This document shows, piece after piece, positions 41,712-50,591 of a DNA stretch of 64,000 bases (position 1 is the first letter of the stretch; every line of letters begins with the position of its first letter). The notes under the pieces were generated by a model. It made no database searches. It was given only the letters and a program-made list of their open reading frames with translations, and had not been told where the DNA came from. This DNA comes from an uncultured Acidobacteriota bacterium (GTDB lineage Bacteria; Acidobacteriota; Vicinamibacteria; Fen-336): assembly GCA_963732935.1 (NCBI GenBank), contig CAVTBK010000002.1, forward strand, positions 611,650-675,649, given 5' to 3'. Both the position numbers and the translations under genes were made by a program.

Positions 41712-41924
41712 GCGTGAGCGGCATGGGCATCGCGGTGGCCGCGACCATCGTGCTTCTGCACCTCGCCGGCTACCTCGGCCTCGGCGTCCTGCTGCTGTTG
41801 GTCGGGCCGAGGCGGCGCGAGCGGCTCAGGGCCAAGCTCGGGTGGCCCCGGCGCAGGTCCGGAGCCGGGCCCACGGCCTAGGACCGGCGCGTCGCCGTCG
41901 GCGCACGCTACACTGGCAGTCGGG

Positions 41925-42554
41925 ATGGCGCTGGCCGGACGGCAAGGAAGACCGCGGCTCGGGTGTCTCGGCGGCATCGCCCTGTTGCTCGTCGTGGGTC
42001 CCGTCCTGTTTCTCCTGATCGACGCGGTCTTCGCGCCCTGGGCGTTCGTGATGGGTGGCCACTTCCACCCCCTGCCCTACTGGCAGGGGTGGGGTGTGCT
42101 CCACGCCCGGCCGGCCGGCGACTTCGTCGTCCTCGTGCGCATGTGGCCCACGCCCGGCTCGCGCAACGGCTATTCCGCCGTCACCGGGACCGCGGAGCTG
42201 TGCGCGCCCCGCGGTGAGCGTTTCTCGCTGCAGCTCAGCGGCGAATTCGTGCGGAAGCACGTCTGGCTTCACCCGGACGGCGAGCCGATGTACCTGCACC
42301 TCTACCGGCGGCCCTGGTACTACAGCTTCGTCACGGTGGACCGCCGCCCGCGTCTCGACCTCCACGGACCGTGGCGCGGCCCCGACCTGGTGATGGACGA
42401 CCACGGCACGCTCTCGCGCGCCTTCCTGCCGGACGGGCGGCTCTTCCCGGGACCGCCGGGCGATCAGCCTGCCGCGCGCGGCAGCGCGAAGGTCACGCTC
42501 CGCGAGGGCAGCCACGCCGATTTCGACGCAGCCTGCCGGGCGGCAGCGCGCTGA
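41925..42554 (+). CDS. membrane-anchored hypothetical protein
   Basis: 209 aa with an N-terminal TM helix (IALLLVVGPVLFLLI). Non-repetitive composition. I recognise no family. Confidence 0.45.
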   Translation: MALAGRQGRPRLGCLGGIALLLVVGPVLFLLIDAVFAPWAFVMGGHFHPLPYWQGWGVLHARPAGDFVVLVRMWPTPGSRNGYSAVTGTAELCAPRGERFSLQLSGEFVRKHVWLHPDGEPMYLHLYRRPWYYSFVTVDRRPRLDLHGPWRGPDLVMDDHGTLSRAFLPDGRLFPGPPGDQPAARGSAKVTLREGSHADFDAACRAAAR

Positions 42555-42656
42555 GGCCGCGGGGGGGCGGAAGGCGCCCTTGCCGCGCCCGCCGGGCGAT
42601 GCCGGGTCCGGTGCTAGCATTCAGCCTTCCCTGAAACGACGGTCGAGAGGACGAGC

Positions 42657-44270
42657 ATGAGCACGAATGCCGCGCTGGCGACGTTGTTTCCGACGCGGGA
42701 CACCGTGCCCGCGGAGCACTGGCGCACGCCCGACGAGGCCGGTCTGACCCTGCTCGTGGCGGGGGAGATCCGCCGCTGGCAGGGAGAGACGGCCGAGATC
42801 CGCTCGGCGGTCTGCGCGCGGGACGCGCAGGGACGCTTGGAGCGGCTCGATCTGGGGAAGGGCGCGCGCTCCAGCGCCGCGACCGCGAGGGAGACGGTCG
42901 AGGCTGCGGCACGCGCGTGGGCTGGGGGACGCGGAGACTGGCCGCGGGCCTCGGCCGCCGAGCGCATCGCCTGCATGCTCGACTTCGTGCGTCGCGCCCG
43001 CCCCCTGCGGGAGGCTGTGGCGCGCGCTCTGATGTGGGAGATCGGCAAGCCCTGGCCGGACTGCCTGAAGGAGTTCGACCGCACCGTCGAGTACATCGAG
43101 GCGACCGCCGAGGCGCTGCGGGAGATCGAGAGGATCGCGGCGGTGCCGGTAGCGGCGGGCGGGTTCCTGGCGCGCGTCCGGCGTGCGCCCCTCGGCGTCG
43201 CCCTCTGCCTGGGTCCCTACAACTACGCGGTCAACGAGGTCTTCACGACCGTCATCCCCGCCCTGGTGATGGGCAACCCGGTGATCATGAAGACGCCGCG
43301 CTACGGCGTCCTCGCCAACGCCCTCCTGGTGCCGGCCCTGCGCGAGAGCTTCCCCCCCGGGGTGGTGAGCCTGCTTTCCGGCCATGGGCCCTCCGTCGTC
43401 TCGCCCATGATGGAGAGCGGCCTCGTGGACGTGCTCGCGCTGATCGGATCGGCCCGTACCGCGTCGATCCTCCTGAAGCAGCACCCGCGCCCGTATCGCC
43501 TGCGGACCTTGCTCGGCATGGGAGCGAAGAACCCCGCCATCGTGCTCGCGGACGCGGACCTGGACGCGGCCGCCGCCGAGATCGTTTCCGGTGCGCTCGG
43601 CTTCAACGGCCAGCGCTGCACGGCGCTCAAGCACGTGCTGGTGGAGCGGAAGGTGGCCGAACCGCTCGTCGAGCGGCTCTCGGATCGCGTGTCCCGCGTG
43701 GGTGTGGGCATGCCCTGGGACGCCGGTGTCACGGTGACGCCGCTGCCCGACCCCGAGAAGCCGGCCTTCCTCGCCGACCTCGTCCAGGACGCGGTCGCCC
43801 ACGGCGCGCGGGTCGTCAACCCGGGCGGCGGCGAGTGGGCCGGAACGCTCTATCGGCCCGCGGTCGTGCATCCGGTGGCGCCGGAGGCGAAGCTCTTCCG
43901 CGTCGAGCAGTTCGGACCGGTGCTCCCGGTGAGCGTCGTCGACTCCGCGGAGCAGGCCGTGGCCGTGGTCGCGAGCTCGGATCTGGGCCAGCAGGTCTCG
44001 GTCTTCGGCCGCGATCCGGCGACCATCGGCCGGCTGGTCGATCACCTCGCCAACCTGGTGTGCCGGGTGAACCTGAACACGCAATGCCGCCGGGGCCCGG
44101 ACGTGTATCCCTTCGCCGGCCGCAAGGACTCCGCGGTCGGGACGCTCTCCGTGACCGACGCCCTCCGCGTCTTCTCGATCCGCAGCCTGGTGGCGCTCCC
44201 GGAGGGAGAGCGGGCGCTGCTCGACCAGCTCGGCTCGCGCTCGGTCTTCCTCGGGCCGCCCCCCGACTGA
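42657..44270 (+). CDS. NADP-dependent aldehyde dehydrogenase (GapN-like non-phosphorylating GAPDH family)
   Basis: 537 aa. ..LGVALCLGPYNYAVNE..GFNGQRCTALK (catalytic Cys)..EQFGPVLPV..PFAGRKDSAVG. Confidence 0.75.
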   Translation: MSTNAALATLFPTRDTVPAEHWRTPDEAGLTLLVAGEIRRWQGETAEIRSAVCARDAQGRLERLDLGKGARSSAATARETVEAAARAWAGGRGDWPRASAAERIACMLDFVRRARPLREAVARALMWEIGKPWPDCLKEFDRTVEYIEATAEALREIERIAAVPVAAGGFLARVRRAPLGVALCLGPYNYAVNEVFTTVIPALVMGNPVIMKTPRYGVLANALLVPALRESFPPGVVSLLSGHGPSVVSPMMESGLVDVLALIGSARTASILLKQHPRPYRLRTLLGMGAKNPAIVLADADLDAAAAEIVSGALGFNGQRCTALKHVLVERKVAEPLVERLSDRVSRVGVGMPWDAGVTVTPLPDPEKPAFLADLVQDAVAHGARVVNPGGGEWAGTLYRPAVVHPVAPEAKLFRVEQFGPVLPVSVVDSAEQAVAVVASSDLGQQVSVFGRDPATIGRLVDHLANLVCRVNLNTQCRRGPDVYPFAGRKDSAVGTLSVTDALRVFSIRSLVALPEGERALLDQLGSRSVFLGPPPD

Positions 44271-44272
44271 AG

Positions 44273-45172
44273 CTACTCCGGGTCGAGAAAGCGCTGGTCG
44301 ATCCCGCCGTAGGCGTCGATCCGCCGGTCGCGCAGGAAGGGCCAGTCCTGTCGGACCTCGTCGATCCGAGGCAGGCGCACCTCGCCGACCAGGATCTCCT
44401 CGCGATCAGCTGAAGCCTCGGCGACGACGACTCCGAAGGGATCGACCAGGAAGGAGCTGCCCCAGAACTCGAGACCGTCCCCGCCCTCGGCCGGGCGCTC
44501 GTGCCCGACCCGGTTCACGGCCGCGACGTAGACGCCGTTGGCGATCGCGTGTGCGCGCTGGATCGTCTGCCAGGCGGCCCGCTGTTCCGCCCCGTGCGCT
44601 TCTTTCTCGCGCGGGTGCCAGCCGATCGCGGTCGGGTAGAAGAGCACGGACGCGCCCCGCAACGCGGTGAGCCGGGCGGCCTCGGGGTACCACTGGTCCC
44701 AGCAGATCAGAACGCCGATCCTGGCCTTGCCGAGGTCGAAGGCACGGAAGCCCAGGTCGCCGGGAGCAAAGTAGTACTTCTCGTAGAAGAGGGGGTCGTC
44801 CGGGATGTGCATCTTGCGGTAGACGCCCAGAAGCTCGCCGCGCGCGTCGAGGACGGCGGCGCTGTTGTGGTGGACGCCGGGCGCGCGCCGCTCGAAGACC
44901 GGCACCACCACGGCGACGCCCGCTTCCTTCGCGACGCGGCCGAGCGCCTCGGTGCTGGGACCGGGGACGGGCTCGGCGAGCGCGAAGGCCGCGGGATCCT
45001 CCTTCTGGCAGAAATAGGGCGTGCGGAAGAGCTCGGGCAGGCAGACCACGTCGGCCCCGAGCGAGGCAGCCTCGCGCACTTTCGCGAGCGCCTTCTCGGT
45101 GTTCTCCCCGGGGGCCGCCGACATCGACATCTGGACGAGCCCGACCCGGAAGCTCTGCTGCTGGGCGCTCAT
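44273..45172 (-). CDS. aguB: N-carbamoylputrescine amidase (carbon-nitrogen hydrolase)
   Basis: 299 aa. VVCLPELFRTPYFCQ..YRKMHIPDDPLFYEKYYFAPGDLGF..GVLICWDQWYPEAARL..WPFLRDRRIDAY. Confidence 0.75.
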   Translation of the reverse strand: MSAQQQSFRVGLVQMSMSAAPGENTEKALAKVREAASLGADVVCLPELFRTPYFCQKEDPAAFALAEPVPGPSTEALGRVAKEAGVAVVVPVFERRAPGVHHNSAAVLDARGELLGVYRKMHIPDDPLFYEKYYFAPGDLGFRAFDLGKARIGVLICWDQWYPEAARLTALRGASVLFYPTAIGWHPREKEAHGAEQRAAWQTIQRAHAIANGVYVAAVNRVGHERPAEGGDGLEFWGSSFLVDPFGVVVAEASADREEILVGEVRLPRIDEVRQDWPFLRDRRIDAYGGIDQRFLDPE

Positions 45173-45182
45173 GGCGGCCAGT

Positions 45183-46031
45183 TTAGCGCGTCATCGACTC
45201 GCACAGCCGGAAGAGAGCCTCCTCCGCGTCCGGGTCGCGGAAGCGGCAGGGGCGCTGGCGCCGATCCGCCCAGTAGAGCCCGCTCATCCCCTCGACCTCG
45301 GGGCTCACCGCGAGGTAGACGACTGTATCGGCCCCCTGCGCGGGCGTACGCCCGCCCAGCCTGGCGGCGAGCGTGGCGACCATGGCCTTCCATCCCCCAC
45401 CCTTGGCGAAGATCTCGGTCGAGACGAAGCCCGGGTGGAGGGCGTTCACCGTCACGCCGCTGTCCGCGAGGCGGCGGGCGAGCGCCCAGCTCAGCATGCG
45501 GTCCGCCTGCTTGCTCTGTGCGTAGGCGGCGCGGCCCTCATAGGGCCGGCGCTGGAACTCGACGTCGTCGAGGTCGAGACCGCCGGCGAGGTGGGAGGCA
45601 ACATTCACGATACGGGCGCGGGGAGCGGCCTTCAGGAGCGGGCGCAGCAGCTCCGAGGTGAGAAAGTAGCCGAGCACGTTCGTGGCCCAGGTCCGCTCGA
45701 TACGGTCCGGCCCCGTCTGCCTGCGGGAGAGCCAGACCCCGGCGTTGTTGACCAGCAGGTCGAGCCGAGAGACGCGCCCAGCGAGCTCGCTCGCGAAGCG
45801 GCGTATCGAGCTCGGACTGGCGAGGTCCACGAGCGCCAGCTCGACCTCCTGGTTACCCGTCGCCCGCACGATCTCGCGCCGCGCCTCCTCGCCTTTCTCG
45901 GCGTTGCGCACCGCCAACACGACCCGGCCGCCCAGGCGGGCGAGGGCCGAGGCGGTCGCCTTGCCGATCCCCGCGCTGGCGCCGGTGACGAGGCAGGTCC
46001 TTCCGGTGAGGTCGGCGCGCACGGGATCCAT
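45183..46031 (-). CDS. short-chain dehydrogenase/reductase (SDR)
   Basis: 282 aa. VTGASAGIGKATA..LVNNAGVW..YAQSK. Confidence 0.85.
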   Translation of the reverse strand: MDPVRADLTGRTCLVTGASAGIGKATASALARLGGRVVLAVRNAEKGEEARREIVRATGNQEVELALVDLASPSSIRRFASELAGRVSRLDLLVNNAGVWLSRRQTGPDRIERTWATNVLGYFLTSELLRPLLKAAPRARIVNVASHLAGGLDLDDVEFQRRPYEGRAAYAQSKQADRMLSWALARRLADSGVTVNALHPGFVSTEIFAKGGGWKAMVATLAARLGGRTPAQGADTVVYLAVSPEVEGMSGLYWADRRQRPCRFRDPDAEEALFRLCESMTR

Positions 46032-46032
46032 C

Positions 46033-46809
46033 CTAGGAGCCGCTCCCGTCCGAGAGGACGAACTCGAGGCCGTCCTCGTCGAGAGGCTGCGAGGACTCGG
46101 CGCTCGGGGGCTCGACGCGGTGAAGGAGCCCGATCACCCGAAAGGCCCACAGGTTGCGGCACACCTCGAAGTGATTGAGCGCCGACTCCGCGCAGAGCGA
46201 CTCCAGGTCGCGGACCCCCTGGACCGAGCTCAGAAGCACGGTCTGGTCGACGTCCAGGGTGAGCTGACGGAGCAGCGACCCGGCCTCGGCCGCCGGCGCG
46301 TAGCGCGCGGCGAGCCCTCCGCAGGCGCGCTCGACGCGGGTCCAGGACTCGATCTGGGAGATCCCGTCCAGCACCAGCTGCGGCGTGCTGATCTTGAGCG
46401 TGATGTCCTCGCCGGCGGCCTTGCCCTCGGTGAGCCGGTAGCTCCCCGAGGTCCAGCGAAAGGCGTGCAGGATGATCTCCCGCGTCTGGTCCACGACGCC
46501 GCGCACGAGCTGCTTCGGCTCCAGGACGCCGCTCTCCACGAGCACGGTACCAAAGCGCTTGCCGGCGGTCTGGTTTCGAACGGCGTCCTCCATCTGCCGC
46601 AGGGTGATGGCACCCCCGCGCAGCAGCATCGGCCCCAGGCGGTGGTCGGGGTCGGAGGAGGACGCGAACACCAACCGGCCTTCCTCGACCGAGACCACGA
46701 CGCGGTCATCCCCTCGCTCGAGGAGCAGGCGGCCCGTGAAGCGGCGTTGTCCCAGCTCCTGGACGAGGTCAGCGACGTCCAGCTGCTCGAGCGTTCCCTC
46801 GTCGTTCAC
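46033..46809 (-). CDS. DUF4388 (PatA-N-like) domain protein
   Basis: 258 aa. GTLEQLDVADLVQELGQRRFTGRLLLERGD..VSVEEGRLVFASS..RLGPMLL. The GTG start overlaps the upstream stop. Confidence 0.65.
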   Translation of the reverse strand: MNDEGTLEQLDVADLVQELGQRRFTGRLLLERGDDRVVVSVEEGRLVFASSSDPDHRLGPMLLRGGAITLRQMEDAVRNQTAGKRFGTVLVESGVLEPKQLVRGVVDQTREIILHAFRWTSGSYRLTEGKAAGEDITLKISTPQLVLDGISQIESWTRVERACGGLAARYAPAAEAGSLLRQLTLDVDQTVLLSSVQGVRDLESLCAESALNHFEVCRNLWAFRVIGLLHRVEPPSAESSQPLDEDGLEFVLSDGSGS

Positions 46810-47812
46810 CGCCGCCTCCGGCGTGCGTCACGTTCGACGAGGCCGGCGGCGAGCAGGGGGACCAGGATCTCGTGGGGTCCGGTGATCCTGTACCCGCGGC
46901 CGCTGCCGGCGACGGGCCGCTGGACCACGTTGACACCGGGGCGGTAGGACTGGATGAAGTCCAGGTTGGCGGTGGCGAAGTCGACGCAGGCGATGGCCGA
47001 GGTTGCGCGCCAGGGTCACCGCCTTCAGGAAGACCTCGGGCAGCACCACCGCCGAGCCCACGTTCAGGTACACGCCGCCGCCGCCCAGGCGCGCCGCCTG
47101 CGCCCGCGAAGATCCGGAAGTCGAGGTGGGTCGCGCGCCCGAGGGCCGCCGGATCGCAGGCCGGGTGCAGGTGGACGATGTCCGTGCCCATGGCGACGTG
47201 GACGGTGGCCGGGAGGCCAGGCGCCAGGCCGCGGCGAGGAGGCTCACGTCGACGTGGCGGGGCCGGGGCCGCGGTCGGTCAGGTAGCGGCCGATGGCCGC
47301 CGCCCAGGCCGAGCCCGTCGCGGTCGCCCTCGACGATCGCGCGGTTGATCTCCTCGCCCGTCTCGCGCGCCATCCCGAAGGCGCCGCTGTCGAGGCCCGC
47401 CGCCACGTCCTCCGAGGTGCTGCCCGGCGACCGCCAGCTCGAAGTCGTGCACGACGCCCGGCGCCGTTGAGCGCGATGGCCGTGACGAAGCCGCGCTCCA
47501 TGAGGTCGATGACCACCGGCGAGAGGCCCACCTTGACGACGTGCGCGCCCGATGCCCCAGACGAGGGGACTGCCGCCTCGTGCGCGGACCGCGCAGGATC
47601 TCGTCGCGCAACGCGCGCAGCGTCTCGCCCGCGAGCAGACGGGGCAGGCCGTCCAGGAAGTCCGCCAGGGAGGCGCCCCGGCGGTGGGGACGCGCCGCGT
47701 GGCGCAGGTCGACCTTGCTGGCACGCCGAGCCAGGGGATAGGTGGTGAGACCTTCGAGGCACAACGGCGCCGGACGCCGTCCCTGCCGCGCGAGCCTCGC
47801 CCCGCGGGCCAT
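46806..47812 (-). pseudogene. deoxyhypusine-synthase-like family gene with about nine frame changes
   Basis: Conserved blocks alternate among all three frames: ..LADFLDGLPRLLAGETLRALRDEIL / AVRARGGSPLVWGIG / AHVVKVGLSPVVIDLMERGFVTAIALNGAG / VVHDFELAVAGQ / TSEDVAAGLDSGAFGMARETGEEINRAI / ..LPATVHVAMGTDIVHLHPACDPAALGRATHLDFRIF / GGGVYLNVGSAVVLPEVFLKAVTLARNLGH / VDFATANLDFIQSYRPGVNVVQRPV..ITGPHEILVPLL. The start and stop overlaps with the neighbouring genes are intact. The family call is tentative. Confidence 0.6.
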
Positions 47813-48384
47813 CAGCTGACGGCAGCCTCCTCGACAATCTGCGCGAGCAGATGCAGGACCATCCCGTGCACCTCCTGGATCCGCTGGGTGTCGGGGTGGG
47901 GGACGTCGATCAGGGTGTCGACGGCCGCCGCCAGCGCCCCGCCGCCGTTGCCGGTGAGACCGACCGTGACGAGACCCCGCTCGCGCGCGACACGCACGCC
48001 GGCGAGCACGTTCGGCGAGCGACCCGAGGTGCTGATCGCGAGCGCCAGGTCACCCGGCCGACCGTGTGCCTCCACCTGTCGAGCGAAGACGGCCTCGAAC
48101 CCGAGGTCGTTGCCGACCGCGGTGACGATCGAGGGGTCGGTGGTGAGGGCGATCGCGGCGAGGGCGCGCCGCTCGCGGGCGAGCCGGCCCACCAGCTCCG
48201 AGGCGAAGTGCTGCGCGTCGGCCGCCGAGCCGCCGTTGCCGAAGACGAGCACGCGCCCCCCGTCGAGCAACCGCTCCGCCATCCGCCGGCCCAGGTCCAG
48301 CAGCAGCGACGCTTTGGCGGCGAAGAAGCGCTCCTTCAGCGAAGCGCTCTCGGCGACGATCGCACGGACATCATCCGGGGTCAT
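47812..48384 (-). CDS. gmhA: SIS-domain phosphoheptose isomerase
   Basis: 190 aa. VFGNGGSAADAQHFASELVGR..TAVGNDLGFEAVFARQVEA..ISTSGRSPNVL..RIQEVH. Confidence 0.7.
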   Translation of the reverse strand: MTPDDVRAIVAESASLKERFFAAKASLLLDLGRRMAERLLDGGRVLVFGNGGSAADAQHFASELVGRLARERRALAAIALTTDPSIVTAVGNDLGFEAVFARQVEAHGRPGDLALAISTSGRSPNVLAGVRVARERGLVTVGLTGNGGGALAAAVDTLIDVPHPDTQRIQEVHGMVLHLLAQIVEEAAVS

Positions 48385-48469
48385 GGTGCGCCGCCATTAT
48401 GCTCGTTCACCCGGGTCAATGCGACGGCGAGGCGGGCGCCGCCTGCGAAGGCCGGCCCCGCAAGGGCGC

Positions 48470-49042
48470 CTACAGCCGGTGACGCAGGTGCACGGTCAGG
48501 AGGAGCGAGGGAGTGGCGGGGTCGTCGGTCCGGACCTCGAACACGGTGCCTTCGCGAGAGCGGGCGGGTACGTGCACCGGGACGGGCAGCCGGCGGCTGA
48601 CCTTGCCGTCTCCCTGGCAGCGCTCGCAGCTCAGGAGATAGCCACCCGTGCCGTTGCAGCTGTCACAGACCGCCGTCACGGGGATGTCCAGCGAAAGCAG
48701 CGTGCCCCTTTCCGCCTCCTCGGCGGCGAGCACGACCTCGGCGGCCAGGCTGGTCGGGGTATAGGGCCTGCGCAGGTCGCCCGCCGCGGGACGCCGGAGA
48801 TGAGACCACTCGACGGGCAGCGGTCGCTGATCCTGCAGCTCGTCGTCGTAGCGGCGCCGCCGGTCTGCGTCGCTGAGCGTCTCGAAGGCGACCTGGATCT
48901 CGGCAAGCGCCGGCTGCGCGTCCGCGGGCTCCTGGACGGGAGAATCCCGTCGCGTCAGGCGCCGGAAGGCCCTGCGGATCGCCGTGAGGCTCGCGTCACG
49001 CGGAACGCCGAGCAGCTGGTAGTAATCCTTGGGTTTCTCCAT
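48470..49042 (-). CDS. J-domain-like protein lacking the HPD motif, with one CxxCxGxG zinc centre
   Basis: 190 aa from MEKPKDYYQLLGVPRDASLTAIRRAFRRLTRRDSPV (SPV replaces HPD)..LSDADRRRRYD..CDSCNGTGGYLLSCERCQGDG. Confidence 0.7.
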   Translation of the reverse strand: MEKPKDYYQLLGVPRDASLTAIRRAFRRLTRRDSPVQEPADAQPALAEIQVAFETLSDADRRRRYDDELQDQRPLPVEWSHLRRPAAGDLRRPYTPTSLAAEVVLAAEEAERGTLLSLDIPVTAVCDSCNGTGGYLLSCERCQGDGKVSRRLPVPVHVPARSREGTVFEVRTDDPATPSLLLTVHLRHRL

Positions 49043-49051
49043 CCCGCCCCC

Positions 49052-49140
49052 ACCATATTTTGCGGTTGGAACCCGTGTCAAGTGGTGAATCCCTGCGAGC
49101 CCCGAGTGGCTAATGCCTGCGAGCGGGTGGTGAATGGCGG
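49052..49140 (-). promoter_or_regulatory. sigma70-like promoter (TTGACA-N18-TATGGT) preceded by three tandem ~20-bp repeats
   Basis: Minus strand: ..CCATTCACCAC CCGCTCGCAGGCATTAGCCAC TCGGGGCTCGCAGGGATTCACCAC TTGACA CGGGTTCCAACCGCAAAA TATGGT GGGGGCGGG ATG. The repeats are at 49081-49100, 49105-49124 and 49126-49140. Confidence 0.4.
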
Positions 49141-49190
49141 CCAAGAAGGATGTTCGCCGGTGTCGGCCGTGAGGGGAGCGGACGGGTGCC

Positions 49191-50021
49191 TCAGCCGCGG
49201 ACGCGCGTCCAGACCTCGACGCCAATGGCGAGAGCCAGCAGCAGGACAGCCGCCACCAGGATCGAGGTGCGCCAGCGCGGGAGGAGGGCGCGGTCGGCCG
49301 CGATCGCGACGCTCGCCGGCGCAACGCTGGTCCGGACCGGCGCCTCGCCCCGCGTCTCGGCGACGATCTCCACGGAATGCCGCGTCCCGCGCGGGGCACC
49401 CGCGCGCACCAGCGGCAACGACGCGACCACCGCGCCCTGGGCCGGGACCTCGACCTCGACCCCGTCGCCTTCCGCGCGCAGTCCGCGCGGCGTGAAAGCG
49501 CGCAGGCGGACGCGGTGCGGCGCGCCGTCGGCGCTGCGAACCTCGACCTGGAGCGGGCCGGTCACCTCCAGCCGCGCGGGACTCGGCTGGAGCCGGACGG
49601 CCGGGCCCGCCTGGGACCCGAGCCCGACCAGCAGGGCGGCACGCTGGCTCGCGAGCGGCGGGTTCCCGGCGGCATCCGGTGCGCCCTCGATCGCGTGCTC
49701 GAGCAGGAGAACCAGCGCGTAGACACCGGGGAGCGCCCGGGCGGCCCCGAAGTCGAGCAGGACCGTGCGGCTGTCCCCCGCTGGAACCCCGCTCAGGATT
49801 CGACCTTCCTGCCGCTGTCCGAGCAGGTCGCCGACGATCTGGACGGCCGGTACGGCCCGCGGGCTTCGATTCCTGACCTCGACCCGCACCTGCAAGGACG
49901 GTGTCGTCCCGACCACCTCGGCCGCGACCGCGAGCTCCGGCTCGGTCCGCGCCGGACCCGCGCTCAGCAGCGTGAGGCCGAGGGTGAGAGCGACGAGGCC
50001 GAGGCGTGCCGGGCGGCGCAC
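49191..50021 (-). CDS. signal-peptide protein with two Ig/CARDB-like segments and a C-terminal TM anchor
   Basis: 276 aa with a GTG start 1 nt after the upstream stop. N-terminus LGLVALTLGLTLLSAG, C-terminus SILVAAVLLLALAIGVEVW. Confidence 0.5.
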   Translation of the reverse strand: MRRPARLGLVALTLGLTLLSAGPARTEPELAVAAEVVGTTPSLQVRVEVRNRSPRAVPAVQIVGDLLGQRQEGRILSGVPAGDSRTVLLDFGAARALPGVYALVLLLEHAIEGAPDAAGNPPLASQRAALLVGLGSQAGPAVRLQPSPARLEVTGPLQVEVRSADGAPHRVRLRAFTPRGLRAEGDGVEVEVPAQGAVVASLPLVRAGAPRGTRHSVEIVAETRGEAPVRTSVAPASVAIAADRALLPRWRTSILVAAVLLLALAIGVEVWTRVRG

Positions 50022-50022
50022 C

Positions 50023-50514
50023 TCAGCGACCGGCGGCGACGAAGACGACGCCCGTGGCCAGGAAGCCGTCGTCGAGCTTCTTCCCCTGCTTCCTGTGGGT
50101 GGCGAAGACCTTGATCGCCGCTGCCCGCGCGGCGTCCCGCTCGAGGGGCGGGAACTCGCAGGCGGCTCGGACCTGGATCTGATAGGTGCTCGTGCGTCGG
50201 GGCTGGTAGGCATCGTCGACGGCCTGGACGTAGTACTCGATCGCCTTGGTCTTGGCGCGCGGCGCCGGCAGGGTCGCGCAGTAGTTGACCCCCGTGAAGG
50301 CCATGTCGACGAAGGAGTAGTAGTCCTTGCCGGCCTTGCGGAAGTAGACACGCGCCGCCGCCACAGTGCCGTCGTCGCTGATCGCCGCGCAGAGCGAGAG
50401 GGGCTTCTCGGGCACCGTGCACGATGCCGGCTGGTGTTCGATCAGGGGCGGCTCGTCGGCGGCGGCGAGCGCGGGCAGAACGGCGACGACGAGCACGAGA
50501 GCACGCATCCTCAT
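50023..50514 (-). CDS. secreted hypothetical protein (163 aa)
   Basis: MRMRALVLVVAVLPALAAA signal and four Cys. I recognise no family. Confidence 0.5.
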   Translation of the reverse strand: MRMRALVLVVAVLPALAAADEPPLIEHQPASCTVPEKPLSLCAAISDDGTVAAARVYFRKAGKDYYSFVDMAFTGVNYCATLPAPRAKTKAIEYYVQAVDDAYQPRRTSTYQIQVRAACEFPPLERDAARAAAIKVFATHRKQGKKLDDGFLATGVVFVAAGR

Positions 50515-50591
50515 CCGAGCCTCCGTGGGGCGCGCAGAACCGACCGGGGCGGCTCCCGGCCGGCGCGACGATCTTACCCGGAGGGTAAAGC

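Noticed and set aside
41708-41881. 57-aa single-TM ORF (VSVSGMGIAVAATIVLLHLAGYLGLGVLLLLVG..) whose start overlaps the methyltransferase stop
   Set aside because: It is plausible from the GTGA-type coupling and the hydrophobic helix. However, it is too short and compositionally biased to support without homologs or expression data.
46806-47812. Programmed ribosomal frameshifting as an explanation for the broken deoxyhypusine-synthase-like gene
   Set aside because: There are nine shifts in both directions with no slippery heptamers or downstream structures. No known system uses that many recoding events.
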